Assembly: GCA_002633005.1 (NCBI GenBank)
Contig: NMRA01000262.1
Location: 161,208 to 225,207 of the forward strand
Source: Phoronis australis
Taxonomy: Eukaryota; Animalia; Phoronida
DNA: 64,000 nt
Direction: 5' to 3'
In this document: positions 22,339 through 35,771 of the stretch, piece after piece
How positions within the stretch are numbered: position 1 is the stretch's first letter
Layout of the letters: each line of letters begins with the position of its first letter
The notes under the pieces: generated by a model
What the model saw: the letters and a program-made list of their open reading frames with translations, nothing else
What the model was told of the DNA's origin: nothing
The model's database searches: none
Made by a program: the position numbers and the translations under genes

Positions 22339-24405
22339 TTATGTGTGCCCACATATTTATATGTGAGTGCGTTATGCCGTCTTCCCTGTCCATCCATTCA
22401 TTGGTCTGTCCGGCTTCCCCTGCTATATTTCCAAAACAGCTTGATGTATGTTCATGAAATTTTGCACATATGTTCCTTTTAGGGATGAGATGGCATGAGC
22501 AAACTTTCGGACAGATCCGACTGCCGGTGAGCCCCCTAGTGGAAATGTAATTTTTACGTTTACTTCTGTATCATCAAAGATCCTCAATGTATTTTCATAG
22601 AAATTGCCAAATAGGCATCTATTAGTGAGATGACGCTATCCTCTTGTTTTCTAATGGATTTGAGGTATTTTGTGCCACCTAGTGGCCATTTTTACTGTTT
22701 TCTAGTCTGTGACTATGATTTTCCCACGACTTTGACTACTGGGGCAGCTCCTAGTGGCAGTTTTGTTTTCTTTTTGCACCCACATGGCTGTATCTCCTAG
22801 ACCCTCTGCAGGATCTATTGAATTTTGCAAGTGTATTTATATGAAGTTGACAACGAATGACGTCTACTTTCGGACAGATTCGACGAACGCTGTGCCCCCT
22901 AGTGGCAATTTCATTTTTTCTGTTTTCCTTTTTTCTCTGAAGTTCCTTGGCGGATTTTTTGTGAAATTTAGTAAATAGCTTCCTATTAAAAATGATGACA
23001 TATTCTTATTTTTGGATGCATTCAACATATTTTTCGCAATCTAGTGGTAACTTTTTTCTGTTTTCTAGTTTGTTTTTGGGGTCTGTCTCTTTATCACTCT
23101 AAGGAAGATTGTTTTCCAGTTTGTTTTGGGGGTCTGCCTCTTTATCACTCTAAGGACGATTTTGAAAATTAGTGGTTATGTTTCTACTGTGATGGGGACT
23201 GCTGATGATGATTTGTTGACCACTCATACTACTGTGGCGCCTCCTGTTGGCAGTTTTTGCGTCCATGGCTCAGTATCTCCCAAACCCTCTGCAAGATCTT
23301 TATTAAATTAGGCATGTTTATTGATATGAAGTTGACAACGAACAGTGACAACATTGGACAGATCCGACAATTGCTGTGCCCCCCCCCATAGTGGCAATTT
23401 TTTGGCTGTCCTCTTTATCTTTGAAACTTCTTGATTTTTATGAAGTTTATTAAATAGGTTTCTATTAAAGAGTTGTCAGGTTTTTAGATAGATTGGATAT
23501 AGCAGCCATTTTTAATGCCATGAAATTTTGCAAATAGGTTTCTAGTTAGGAGATGACGATGCCTTCTCATTTTCAGGCGGATTTGACCTATTCTGCGCCA
23601 CCAGGTGCTCATTTCAAACATTTTGTTTGGCCCCTAGTGGCAATTTTATTTTTTGGCATCCACGACTGTATCATCCTTTATTCTTTGCAAGGTGTGTTCC
23701 TACGGCAACAGAGGTTATGAGTTTCAGACCAATCCAACTACAGCTGTGCTCCTTAGTGGCAATTTTAATTTTCACGTTTGCCTCTGTAATTTACTAGAGT
23801 TCCTTGGTGCGTTTTCATAAAATTTGGCAAACATGTTTATTGTGAAGATAGCACTTTTCCTTTTTATGATGGATTCAATACATTCGGCTCCAACTATTGG
23901 CCATTTTAATTATTTTTCAATCTGTTTTTGTCGTCTGATTTTGTATCTGCCAAACCGTACAGAGAATCATTATGAAAACTGGGAGATGTGTTCCTACTGA
24001 CAAGAGCTTGACTGACGTGGGTTTTCAAACGGGTTCAATTACTGTTGTGCCCCCTAGTGACACTTTTTCGCATTTACGGTTGTATATCCTAAAACCTTAG
24101 CAAGATGTTTTTGAAATTTTGAAGTTGTTTAATCTGATCATCGTGACAGCAGATGGACGGATTACGTCAGTGGTTCCTAATGGCAGTTTTTTTACGTTTG
24201 CCTTTGTATCTTTGGAGTTCTTTTACAGATTTCCATGAAATTTTTCGAATTGTTCTGAGGAGCCACGGTACCTTGCCATATTTGGATGGGTTCAATGTAT
24301 TCTGTGCCAGCTAATGGCCTTTTATGATTCAAGCAAACACCCCTAGAAGCAGACTGTTTGCGGTGCAGTCATGGGCGCATTTCAACCCTCAGCGTTGCTC
24401 TTGTT
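22339..24405 (+). mobile_element. HINE family 1, copy C (long, diverged array)
   Basis: TGTGCCCACATATTTATATGTGAGTGCG start, repeated CCCCTAGTGG / ATGAAATTT subunits, end TGGGCGCATTTCAACCCTCAGCGTTGCTCTTGTT. Confidence 0.85.
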
Positions 24406-25509
24406 AGAAGAAGGTTTATGTTGCACCTGGCGTAAATTAAAAAATTTGATATCCAAACTTAATGACCGCCTTCAGGAACCGCTTTAAGAAGTATGTGTAA
24501 GTCAGAATTGGCTGCAAAGACCGGACTTTTGACCTTTGATAAAACTGGTCCCTAATGTTCGTTTTCCTTACACATTTTTTGTTACCGATTTTCATTGGAC
24601 TGAGACATTTACATTCACCGTTCTCGGGTTCAGTGAAAATGAAACATTTTCTTTCTGTTTCAGTTTGTCTGCTTTTCACCGCTCGCGTGAAATGGCTAGC
24701 TGCAACATGTTTGTTTGGCTCTCATTTGATAGCGTGACGTCAACCTTTTCAGTTTTACTTTCTTAGTTCACAAGAATTCAGTGAAAACGGCATTTTTAAA
24801 AAATACACTGAAGAACGTTTTCAAAAAGTTGCGTTTGGTGTTCTATGACCACTGAATATTCGGTCGTGTGGACAGAGATGTTCAAATAAAGGAAATGTTA
24901 CGTCTTCAAATGAAACCATTATGGGCGTGTGAACGCATCCTTGTTCTTCTGCTGAATGTAGAGCCATAGTGTCGTTATGGAAGTGAAATCGACGTGTGAC
25001 GTTGCCACTGTTTTTTTTTGCGCTGACATACCGGTAAAAACATTGAAGCATTTAAAATGGCGAAAGTCAATTAGAGAGTCTATTTTTATATTGTATTCGT
25101 GTAATGTTTCAATAAACTTCTTTATAGTGAATGCATTGTTTTTGATTGTTCCTGTTCCTGCCCCCCCCCNCCCCCCCTCCTCAGTCCCCCTATTGACTGT
25201 GTTCGTGTTTGAGTGGTCTTGCCGATTTACTATCAATTAAGCCATTAACCTTGTGCTGTAGTTCTTCTACACAAGTATAGAGTTTCGTTTACTTAGCTCG
25301 ATTCTGATATTGCTGTTAAGCAAAGTTTATTTTGTGTTTTCAGTAACGCCAAAATCAATATTTAATCAATTAATAGTCCCATTTAAATTCAGTGTAAATG
25401 GTTCAATACACGCAGTCTAGTTGTTCGCAAATTGCTGGCGTAGAATATGGTTCCCGGCTTCGTGCCAAAGCGGAGAAAATTCAAGTCACAAGTTTTCTAT
25501 TTAAGAATA

Positions 25510-26170
25510 AACTCTCTGCAGGATCAACAGCTGTACACAAAACCAGAATTTAGCACAGCAGGGCGTACAATTTTTCATGTCAGGACCGAAAATTTATTAC
25601 GCCAAGACCGAAATTTTAACTTTTGAGGACATAATTTATCATGCCAGAACATAAAATGCCATGCTAAGACAAAATTTCATCCCAGGAGACCACGTGGCCC
25701 TCTGCAACCGCGAGTAAGATTAACGGGAGCGTCTGTTGTGACACGTGGAAAAAACAAATTCAACCTCGTCACGATAATGCAAATGTCCTCGGCGATACAT
25801 TGTTGAATCTTAGCCTTTGTGTACTTAGTACTGACGTCATTTCTTTGAGGGGTAACGTGATTGTGGGTGGCCACTTGACCTCCTGGCATGAAATTTTGTC
25901 CTAGCATGAAGTTTTATGTCATGGCGTGTTAAATTATGTCCTCGAGTGATAAATTGTTGGTCCTAACATCATAAATTGTAAATGCTGGCGTGATAAATTG
26001 TGGGCCCTGGCGTGATCAATTGTGGGCCCTAGAGTGTTATCAATTTTGGGTCCTGGCCGAACTTTGTTCTTGAATTGTTTTTAGTCTTACAGGTTTTAGA
26101 CTATTTTTATTTCTTGAGTAAGTGAAAATTCTAGTTTTGAGCTCTTTTTGTTGGTCCTGCAGGGTAAAAA
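25510..26170. mobile_element. foldback-type MITE with long imperfect TIRs built from ~21-bp subrepeats
   Basis: 25559-25710 is the reverse complement of ~25857-26031 (e.g. GACAAAATTTCAT / ATGAAATTTTGTC); outer CTGCAGGA(T/C)CAACA match at ~25516 / 26147-26162. Confidence 0.65.
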
Positions 26171-27495
26171 GTAATGTTTTGAAATTTTCTTCAGTGATAG
26201 TGATGAAATATAATGAACACAAATGTTCCTTTTGGAATTAACAACACATATTCATCTACAAAACCTAATTTTGATTCTAGTGAAATACATCATATTCTGT
26301 CAAGTTTGGGGGGGGGCGCTTTATAATGTATTTCTGCTTTTGTGAATATTTCAAACCAGTATTATCTCACAGAAAATAGCAAGTTTGATAGATTTAGAAA
26401 TTGATTGGGTTAAAATTTGCTAATGTTATTGAAATTTTTAAATTAAGCGACCATCGAGTGAGTGTGTACGTGTCTGTGTAATTGTAATTTACATTGTAAT
26501 ATTACTTATAGATAATAAATATATACTAAAGTAATAATAATGTTTTGATCTGTTTTTAATTATTGAATAGAAAATTTCGTGTCCTGTAATTTTTTCCGCT
26601 TCGGCTTTCTATAACTAAGATAATGAGAATTCTGCATTGGGAGTCACAGTTATTTCACACGCTGCACGTTGGTCACACACTGCCCGTTAGGCTGTTATAA
26701 CATATTGTCGCATCCGATATGTGTTTGTCGAGCTGTGCTGACCATTTTCTGCCTTCGTCGCCATGTAGGCCAAACTAAACTCCTTGGCATGCGCAAAACA
26801 TTTTTAGGGTTGTAAGATATGATTTCGTTTGAACTAATCTGGCTGTGAAAACACAGAGCTCGTTTTGTGAAAGATCACAGAATATCGTGATCCACACAGG
26901 CATGTGGTTGTTGACGCGTCGCTGTTTTGAGAGGAACATTAGATGATGACAGTGTGTTGTGCAGAGGTCAGTTTTTAAAAAAATCTAAAATACAGCAGTT
27001 TAAGCAGGCACGCTTGGGTGTGCGACTTTTGATAGAACGGGCCCCTAATGCATCGAAGTAATGATTTAGGTACAACATTTTATTTCGATCGTTAACTTGA
27101 TTATGTTTTGCTATTAACTTAAAATATTGTTGTGAAAGCTGAGGTGTCTGATATTCACACTCACGGCTTAGAACGAGCAACAGATTTTCAAACATGGTCA
27201 TTGATCTAGTGTTAGAGAATTTGTTCCGGCTGTCGACAGCAGTTTCTCTACAAGTACATTCGCTTTCCTCGTTTTACAATTCGGATCCTAACCTAACAAT
27301 AGATTTAGAAATCAAGAACGCGTCTTATCCTCTTGAGACGAGGATGTCGCAAATCACAACAAATTTCAAAAGAACTATGACTTCGTGTGTAGGCCTATAC
27401 CATAAAACAAATTGATTAACAAATTAAATCTTAGGTCCCCGACATTGGATACTAAGAATATTGCATGATTCCAAATTTATTGGACATATATTAGC

Positions 27496-28593
27496 TTACT
27501 TATAGTCGTGTCTTATTCTTAGATATCGGCAATCCTTCATGTCTTCCCAATCCGCGTCATTCAGTGTTGCATGAGCGCTCATCTCTTCAGGTGGAAATTC
27601 ACGATCTAACTGATATTCGTGCAGCCGCCGAAAAACGCTCCTGATCACCCGTTGAAATTTGATGGACGCCTGCTTTCTGGCAAACTGAGTTGATACTTCG
27701 TCAGCAGATGAACCAAATATACACTTAGGGTTCAATTCCGATTCGCAGAGCATTGATGACAAGCCGTCTCCCAACGCATCGAGTTTCGATCGACGGTGTT
27801 TCTCTACTAGTTGCCTAGCTACAGAGCTTGCTGCTGTCTTTTCGTGTTGCGACTCCTCATGATCCGAATTATATTTCTTTAAATTTAAATCAGATTCTGC
27901 AAATTCCAATCCACTCACAGAGTCATTTTTCTTGTTTTCCACTGCGGAATCTCCCACGCTATCGTCATTTTTTTCGTTAAGATCGTCTGCCAATACGCCC
28001 TTCATGCCATTCTTAGTGTCTGTGTCAGATTTTCCCGCCATTTGTTCTTTGTCGCCACAGATACCTTGACATTTGTCAGGAATTTCGTCCAAACTATCGG
28101 CAAATGTCACTCGTTTTCCTGGTGATTTTGAACAGATATCAACAGATAATCTCGGTAATGTGTTACTTCGAAGTAAACTTTTTGTCGGTTTTAGTACAAC
28201 TTGACTGCGCGATCTCTTCAACTTTTTCTCATGAGCAGATGATTTGTTCGTCTGCTTCATCGACTCTCCATCTTCCTGTCGAGGAGCAATTGGTGTCAAC
28301 TTTTCTCTTCTAAGCGTCCTCGGTGAATAGACGGAATTGTTATCTCCAACTTCAAAACTTGAACTTTTTGACGACGGAATTCCACAGCGCGGGGAGAACC
28401 CATGGTCGTGGTTTTTATCAACGACAATGGGAGGTAGATGTGCTGCGTACTTTTTTTCAAATTTCGCCTGAGATTTGCTTAAATTATCTAGCGCAGTATT
28501 AGATTGGTTTGACAGTCTCGTCAAAGTGTTCTGCAACACCCGGTCCTCTTGTGTATTTTGCACACGTAATCTCCTGAGTCTCGGAGAATCCAT
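27496..28593 (-). CDS. intronless 365-aa coiled-coil protein, CCDC190-like architecture
   Basis: ATG at 28593 (MDSPRLRRL..), N-terminal helix N..E...L...L..L...Q, low-complexity middle with KRVTF, C-terminal MKDCRYLRIRH; family assignment from recalled motif pattern only. Confidence 0.75.
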   Translation of the reverse strand: MDSPRLRRLRVQNTQEDRVLQNTLTRLSNQSNTALDNLSKSQAKFEKKYAAHLPPIVVDKNHDHGFSPRCGIPSSKSSSFEVGDNNSVYSPRTLRREKLTPIAPRQEDGESMKQTNKSSAHEKKLKRSRSQVVLKPTKSLLRSNTLPRLSVDICSKSPGKRVTFADSLDEIPDKCQGICGDKEQMAGKSDTDTKNGMKGVLADDLNEKNDDSVGDSAVENKKNDSVSGLEFAESDLNLKKYNSDHEESQHEKTAASSVARQLVEKHRRSKLDALGDGLSSMLCESELNPKCIFGSSADEVSTQFARKQASIKFQRVIRSVFRRLHEYQLDREFPPEEMSAHATLNDADWEDMKDCRYLRIRHDYK

Positions 28594-30940
28594 CACACGA
28601 AATCTGTATTCCACATCTTCACACAAATTTGTAAACGAAAAAATGTTACCAAGGAATCTCTTCGTGGAATATTTGTTCTCGAAATTCTCGTCGTTTCTCA
28701 CTGAGAGACCAGCTACAGCGCTACCTCATTTTGTTCAGCGAGTTGTCTATTAACAACGGCTTCTTATCTGAATTCTGTACTAATCGTTTTAGCTTCAAAT
28801 CCTAAGTCGATTAATTTATGTCCAAACACCTGTGACGAAACCATTGCTTTACGTAACAAAAATAAACTCTTGACCGAGATGGCTACAAGCATTTGAGTTC
28901 CTCCCTAAGGTCGACGATTCGTCAGTGTCCGGTCCGTCGTCAGGTCAACTGAGGTTCAACTAAAGTCAGTTTGCCCTACGGTATTGCCCGCCCACAGTCT
29001 ACCAAACATTTTCTGTACCTGACCTTGAGAAGCGCGGCGAACTTTAATGAGCAATAACAAGAAAACAATAACTCACGCACGTTGTTAGCTTGCTCGCATT
29101 CAAGTTTCCGGAGCAAGGCATGCGGGCTTTACTTGGAACAATGAAACTTGTTCAGTTGTTTGGATCTAATTAATTTTCATAAAAAAACTGAGTCAACCAT
29201 CACATTAACGCTGTTTTAGCGATATTCCTTCACTTCACCGTCGATTGATCATTAAATCTTATGAGATTTCAATAAATGAAGTGCCACAGATGAATGCGAG
29301 CGCGCGTGGTTTGAAGATTTACGGAAAATTGTTGACTGTTTTGGCCATTCAAGAAATGACGTCATTGAAAAATAGTAGATAGAAAGAATTGCACATTAAA
29401 TCGCTAAACAAACGCGGTGTTCTGACTTGGTGACAGCGATATATTTCGGCGTATTTTAGGCCCTATTTACGAAACTTAGACTTAATACTAAAGAGTGGTG
29501 ATTTCCTGATATACCAGATGTGTCAACTACAGTAACGAAAGAAGTAAGCATACCTTTGGTTGTGACTCAAGGAGTTAAAATTCATACATACATGGTTCGA
29601 TTAGGAAATGTCTGGTATTGCTACACATCTGAGTTCTTTTTTGTTTTTTTGACTTACGGTGAAAGATGAATGTAAGACAAAATATTGTCAAAAAGAGAAC
29701 TTCACAAAACAGATTATTTAAGTAGTCGTCCTGACTTTCAGAAAGATGGCTTTATGTTTGAATGTCGTAGTTCGGTACCACTGACGATTTACATTAAAAC
29801 AGCGAATATCTCAAATTTGTCTCTGCAAAGTTAATCTTGTCAGGACAGCTTTTAACGAAAAATGAAGTCACGACATCTATTAGAAGCGAGCAGCCCAATT
29901 TTGTATGCGTTGGCCAACTTCGTGCCAAGGTATGGCCTTTTGACATTCTATCTACTTCCAGACTTCGTAAAATGGTAGGTTTAGGAATAGAAATATTTTT
30001 TATTGTGGTGTGAAGTGAACAGGTTAGATTGTAAGAGGCATGAATACAAAGGTAAGCCCCTTTATAGTAAAACACAGCCATTTAAAACTAATGCTGATTA
30101 AATGTTTATATAAAAACTCACATCTACGTGATCTATTGATGGGCTCCCTAAACAATCGAGATAACATTTCACACTTTGTAAGGCAGTAGGCCTACGTCAG
30201 GCTACACTGCTAAAACCACTCATTTTGTTGCATTTATTTTGACTAGTGTTTTTCTTTTTTAAGTCAGACCGAATTTTCTGTCACCATAGTAATCTATGAA
30301 CTTGTCAGGAAGTTATGAGTGAATTATTGATAAAACAGTGACTGAAGACACACAGACACCTTTACCCCTTTCCAGTTTTCGTAACCTGTCTTGCATTTCA
30401 GCAAGAGTGAAATGGCTCAGAATGCAAGACCGAATAAAACTTGTGTGTTCATCTGTTAGTGTACAGCTCTTGGTGTGTAATGGCTCAAAACGTTCCATTA
30501 CTTGCATACGGCTTTTGACGGAGTGAAGAAAACATGCGCGCACCCAGCCTAAAAAATGGGGGGCTTAAATTTTTGAGAATTTGGACCTTTTACTAAGATT
30601 CGGCAGGGGGTACCTTTAAAGCTACGAACGGTGCATTCGTCGATTTTTGGTAGTTCCTGGCTCTTTAGTGGACTTTGGTCTCGTCCTCTATTTTCTTCTG
30701 AGTTTTTGTTTCTCTGAGGGGGACCTTTTTGCCCACTTCGCCAAATGGGGAGCTCGTTCGAGTTCCCCTCCCCCCTCCCCCCAGGTACGATAAGGTACTC
30801 CTTAAAATGTATTTAATAATTATATGTTTCCATAGCTTGCTTTACAAATTTCTCTACTGTGAGAAGCACTGATGATTCGAAATTCTATAACCTTTCTTAA
30901 CCTTTGACTTCAAAACTCGAGTTCACAAATCGATTTCACT

Positions 30941-31760
30941 TTTATTCGCTCAATCGCATATAGTATGTACGTGGGCCTCTCCGATCGTCTGCCTGTCCGT
31001 CAGTCTGGTGTCTGCTGCTGTATACCTATGCTAAAACCCATTGATGGATATTCGTAAATCGCAGACATGCTGCTGCACTGACGAGCAAACTATTTTCTAA
31101 TGGATTCGACTTCCACTGTCTCCCGCTAGTAACGTTTTTACGTTTGCTTTCTGTTTCTACTGAGTTCCTTGGCGGATTTTCATGAAATTTGGCAAATAGT
31201 TAAGTTCTGTTATGGCGAACACACCATCTTGCCATTTCTCGCGGATACATTCTGTGCCCAAGTGGTCGTTCTTGTTATTCTCACATTTTTTTGGAGTTCA
31301 ACTCACCACTCGTACGATCCGCCTAAAGCATGAAAGATCATCTACAGCAGTTTTGATATGTATGGTCTTAATTGTTGACGACGAAAGTACGGCTGACAGA
31401 TCGTCCATCCTTTTGGCTAAGAGTCTCAGTGACTACTTTGGCATTCCCTAATGGCAGTTTCTCTTTACTTTAGGTATATACCCTTCAATAGATGTTCATG
31501 AAATTTGGCAAATATACCTTACTTTGAGGAGACGATGGTACCTTTCCCGTTTCCCACCCGGGACGTTTTAGACAAGTTTGGCCTAGGCTACGACCCCGTT
31601 CCCTAAAGAATCATTATGAAAGGTATCGAATATGTTTCTGCTGTGGAGCGGCATGACTGAGGACGTCGATTTTCACTGAAGTGCTGTACCGCCCTCGAAA
31701 GACAATTCTAATTTCCTTTGCGTCAGCTTCAATATTTACCAATTTCTTAGATGCATTTTC
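30941..31760 (+). mobile_element. HINE family 1, degraded copy D
   Basis: GTCTGCCTGTCCGTC head, CATGAAATTTGGCAAATA and CCCTA(A/G)TGGCAG subunits. Confidence 0.6.
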
Positions 31761-31901
31761 AAAAATATTGTTTGTCAATTAACCTACGACTCTCAACTGC
31801 GTAACAGAGGCAGAATTACTTAACAGTGAGCTTGAGCCTGGCTCTGGACCCCATGCACTGATGCCACCGTCTGTCGTCACAAGTTTTTGCCCAGCCCCAT
31901 A

Positions 31902-32048
31902 TCATGGGCGGCGCAGCACTAAAAAAGTGTGGAGCTAGGTCTATAGCCCCCGCCCCCCTGTGGTACACGCCCATAGACCATGGGCGCCGGGAGCACTGAA
32001 AAAAGTGGCTTGACTATAGCCCAGCCCCCTATGGTGCGCCGCTCATGC
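31902..32048. repeat. two tandem ~75-bp mini inverted-repeat units
   Basis: CATGGGCG..AGCACT(A/G)AAAAAGTG..CTATAGCCC..GCCC(A/TCA)T repeated twice. Confidence 0.5.
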
Positions 32049-33660
32049 ATGCAGTTTGTGTTACTCCCAGGGGTAGCCTCCCACATCGCTCTGCCCTCCG
32101 TCACGCCCCCCCCCCACGGGCCGTTTGTGCTGTCTTTCTTCCCGTCGTCCCATCAGTCGCGACCGGTTCGCCCTCTCTGCATCCTCTGTCGACGTCACTT
32201 TGAATCGTTCGTATCAAGTTATCAAAAGGGCGATTCGGTGATCAAATTGACTAAAGTAAACAATCATTGAATCCACATGTCAACATGTGCGGCAATATTA
32301 GTGGACAAATGCGCGAAACTGGTGTTTGAGGTCACACCATAGAAACAGGATTAAAACAGAACAACATCGATGTGGTAACATTAAATCCGACGGTTGCTAT
32401 CGTAAACCAGCCGAGAATCAACGGTATCCAACAATTTCCTCGAAACAGGCAACCTCAAACTATTATGCAATAAAAGACAACATTAGTTCGGAATTAGGAT
32501 CCGTTGTAATTTCTGAACACTGATGATCGGAACTAATGACTAAATATTACGTAATACTAAATATTACGTAATACTAAGCAAACAGAAGATGCAGATCAAT
32601 TTGCATGTAACACGCGAACACGTACGTAATTAAAGAGACCTCATAATACCAGGAACTTCTAGACGGACAGACCCGACTGACATGATCCCATGTACTTTTT
32701 TGGGATAGAGTCAGAAAGTTGGTGGTGGCGGATGAATGAGCAGTGAAGCAATTAGTAACAAGAATTGAAGCAGTCTTTCATCAAAATCAAGTAGTTTATA
32801 TTCGACACCTGAACTAACGTTCTCCTGACTAACGATAGGTGGCTCTCTCTCCTAACAAATCTTTCAATGAACAAGATTAGCATCCGAAATCCTATAGACA
32901 CTCTCGTGGAGAATTTTGACATAAAAGGCACCCCTTTGGTAGAGAATGTGGAGCGAAGAGTTGTCGAGCGCATGTCTAAGCGTATATTTCTTCTATCGGT
33001 GTACTCCCGTGTCCACTATGGTCGTGTAAATCACATTTCTAGCCGTGCTTGACTGCTTTTAGGCGGCGCTCGAAAACGTACTGGTATCTTATTTTCCGCA
33101 GCCTTATTCTAAGCAACGACCTCCATACACAAATTTGTACTCGTTTTTGTTGAGTAGGTCACTGCGAGTAACTGTATGAATGGACCAAGAGAAGTGACAA
33201 TGAATCATAATTTCTTGCGTGATAAACCACTAATGCTCAAAATACGGATGTTCGTTTTTCGCAATAAAGTTCAGTGAGCCGATGTATTCGACGAAACGGC
33301 AAATTCGGGGACAAAAATAAATCAAAGCCCACGTGACCCGAATACTTGGTAGTTGGCGCTCAAGTGGAAAATTTTCGAGACATTCGATTGACGCCAAAAA
33401 TATCACATTTGAGAACTGCGGTTTTAAAGTTGTAAGAGAGTTTGCAATGAGCTTTTGTGAGGCGCGTGGAATTTTTCCCGTCAGAACACGCGCATATGTA
33501 GAAAAATGTGTTTTACATAATGCCGCAGGCACACAAAGTTCACTTACAGGTTCACTTGACAACCATTCTTACATTACTCCAATCTCATTTAAAATGAAGA
33601 GTTGAATAGAATACACATCAAGATGCACCATGTATTTTGCAACTCAAACTATTTTTCTTA

Positions 33661-33758
33661 AAGTGTGTCACATATAGGCACATAGAAGTGTGTCACATAC
33701 AGGCGCATACACGTGTGTCACATACAGGCGCATACAAGTGTGTCACATATAGGCGCAT
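33661..33758. repeat. 25-bp minisatellite, ~4 copies
   Basis: AAGTGTGTCACATA(C/T)AGGCGCATAC. Confidence 0.9.
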
Positions 33759-35064
33759 TTGGTTAAAAGAGCATGGGCGCAAACAGATCAGAAAAACATA
33801 AAATACTTTAATTGACAACCACCATTAATCAAATTGAAATTAATTTTAATTTTAGAGGCCTGGATGCTTCAGCAATCATTTTGTCTGAATTTTGAAGTAG
33901 CATGTCAACGGGAAGGCCTTTTTATCATCTTCTTGCAATACATCCCTTTTTGAGTTCTCATTTCAGGTAATCTAAACAAATCTATATAAAAAGGCATCAA
34001 CTTATTTTATTTCACCAACAAAAAGTCAACAAATCACAATTAATTCCATAAATTAACATAAACCACATAATGTAACATACTTGTAATAAGCAGTATTAAC
34101 AGATTATTAAACAATTTCTGAACAAAAATACCACAGCGCCTCTCTTGATTCTGAAACATTTACCCACAATGCTATGCACAAATAAGGCACTACACTCTTT
34201 CACAGTGCTAGGAAAGGTAGCACTGTTGTATGTTGTTTAACATGGCTTCTCATTGGTTCAAGTAATGAAACCAACGCCATAACATTCAGTCATTTCCATT
34301 GAACGAAATCAGTAACTCTGTTTCAGTTTACTGTTTCCAAGTAAGGTGACCACCTTAGACTTGAATAGTTGTAATTTATTAAAGGGGGCAGTGATCGGAT
34401 CCACCGGCTTTGGTCCAAACAGGAACAGTGCACAGAGATGTGTGCAAGTGTTGGCAATGTGATCGGTATACTTCCGACATGCGCACTGATGACCACACAC
34501 TCAATTCTGTATGTCATTCATCATGTTTCCACAAGGCCACTTTTCAGTATACTAGGTGGCGCTGTGTCAGAGGGTAATAGGGCACTTGACACACAGTTGT
34601 ACATTTTTGCCATCGTAATACATAATTATTTCATATTAAAACTACTTTCCCATTCATCATTCAGCAAAGTTTTAACTCTGCAGTGGGTTGAAATGCTCAC
34701 AACAAAAAATTGACAAGAATTAAACAGAAAATCTAATCTCATAAACAATTAGCTGCAAAACTTTTGAAAACTGGATCAATCACTTCAAGCAATGTGTTTT
34801 TCTACCTCCATTAGAGGAGAGATGAAGTTGAGACGTGGCTTTTGTCTTACATATAACAATATTTCCTGTATCCCTAGAACCAGAAACAAAGTATCTCTTC
34901 CTATGTTGTGAGGACAGTAGAACCAGAAATATCAAGTATGTAAATGAAGAGATGCTAGAATAGGAGACAAAAGTAATCGGACAAAATGACATTTCCCCAT
35001 CATGATGAGAAATTATAGTTCTAATGGCAAAAATGGTTGATAATGACTAATACGCCGCTGGCAA

Positions 35065-35771
35065 ACTTTCTTGTCAGTTGTCCTTCAATGTCAGTCACAA
35101 GACTATTAACTTTTCCTGTCAATTGCCCTTCATTGTCAGTCACAAGACTATTAACTTTGTTGTCAATTGCCCTTCATTGTCAGTCACAAGACTATTAACT
35201 TTCTTGTCAATTGCCCTTCATTGTCAGTCACAAGACTATTAACTTTCTTGTCAATTGCCCTTCATTGTCAGTCACAAGACTATTAACTTTCCTGTCAATT
35301 GCCCTTCATTGTCAGTCACAAGACTATTAACTTTGTTGTCAATTGCCCTTCATTGTCAGTCACAAGACTATTAACTTTCCTGTCAATTGCCCTTCATTGT
35401 CAGTCACAAGACTATTAACTTTCTTGTCAATTGCCCTTCATTGTCAGTCACAAGACTATTAACTTTCTTGTCAATTGCCCTTCATTGTCAGTCACAAGAC
35501 TATTAACTTTCTTGTCAATTGCCCTTCATTGTCAGTTACAAGACTATTAACTTTCCTGTCAATTGCCCTTCATTGTCAGCCACAAGGCTATTAACTTTGT
35601 TGTCAATTGCCCTTCATTGTCAGTCACAAGACTATTAACTTTCTTGTCAGTTGTCATTCACTGTCAGCCACAAGACTACTAACTTTGTTGTCAATTGCCC
35701 TTCATTGTCAGTCACAAGAAGACTATTAACTTTCTTGTCAATTGCCCTTCATTGTCAGTCACAAGACTATT
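35065..35771. repeat. 44-bp minisatellite, ~16 copies
   Basis: TTCTTGTCAATTGCCCTTCATTGTCAGTCACAAGACTATTAACT. Confidence 0.97.

Noticed and set aside
24410-24945. Possible Harbinger-type MITE ending GTGTGAACGCATCC
   Set aside because: Left end matches too poorly to define TIRs or a TSD
28594-28701. N-terminal extension of the 401-aa ORF
   Set aside because: Depends on a GTG start; the first ATG is at 28593
33850-34520. Exon-like segments on the - strand (LPEMRTQKGMYCKKMIKRPSR*; ORFs at 34309-34517)
   Set aside because: No recognisable homology or consistent splice chain
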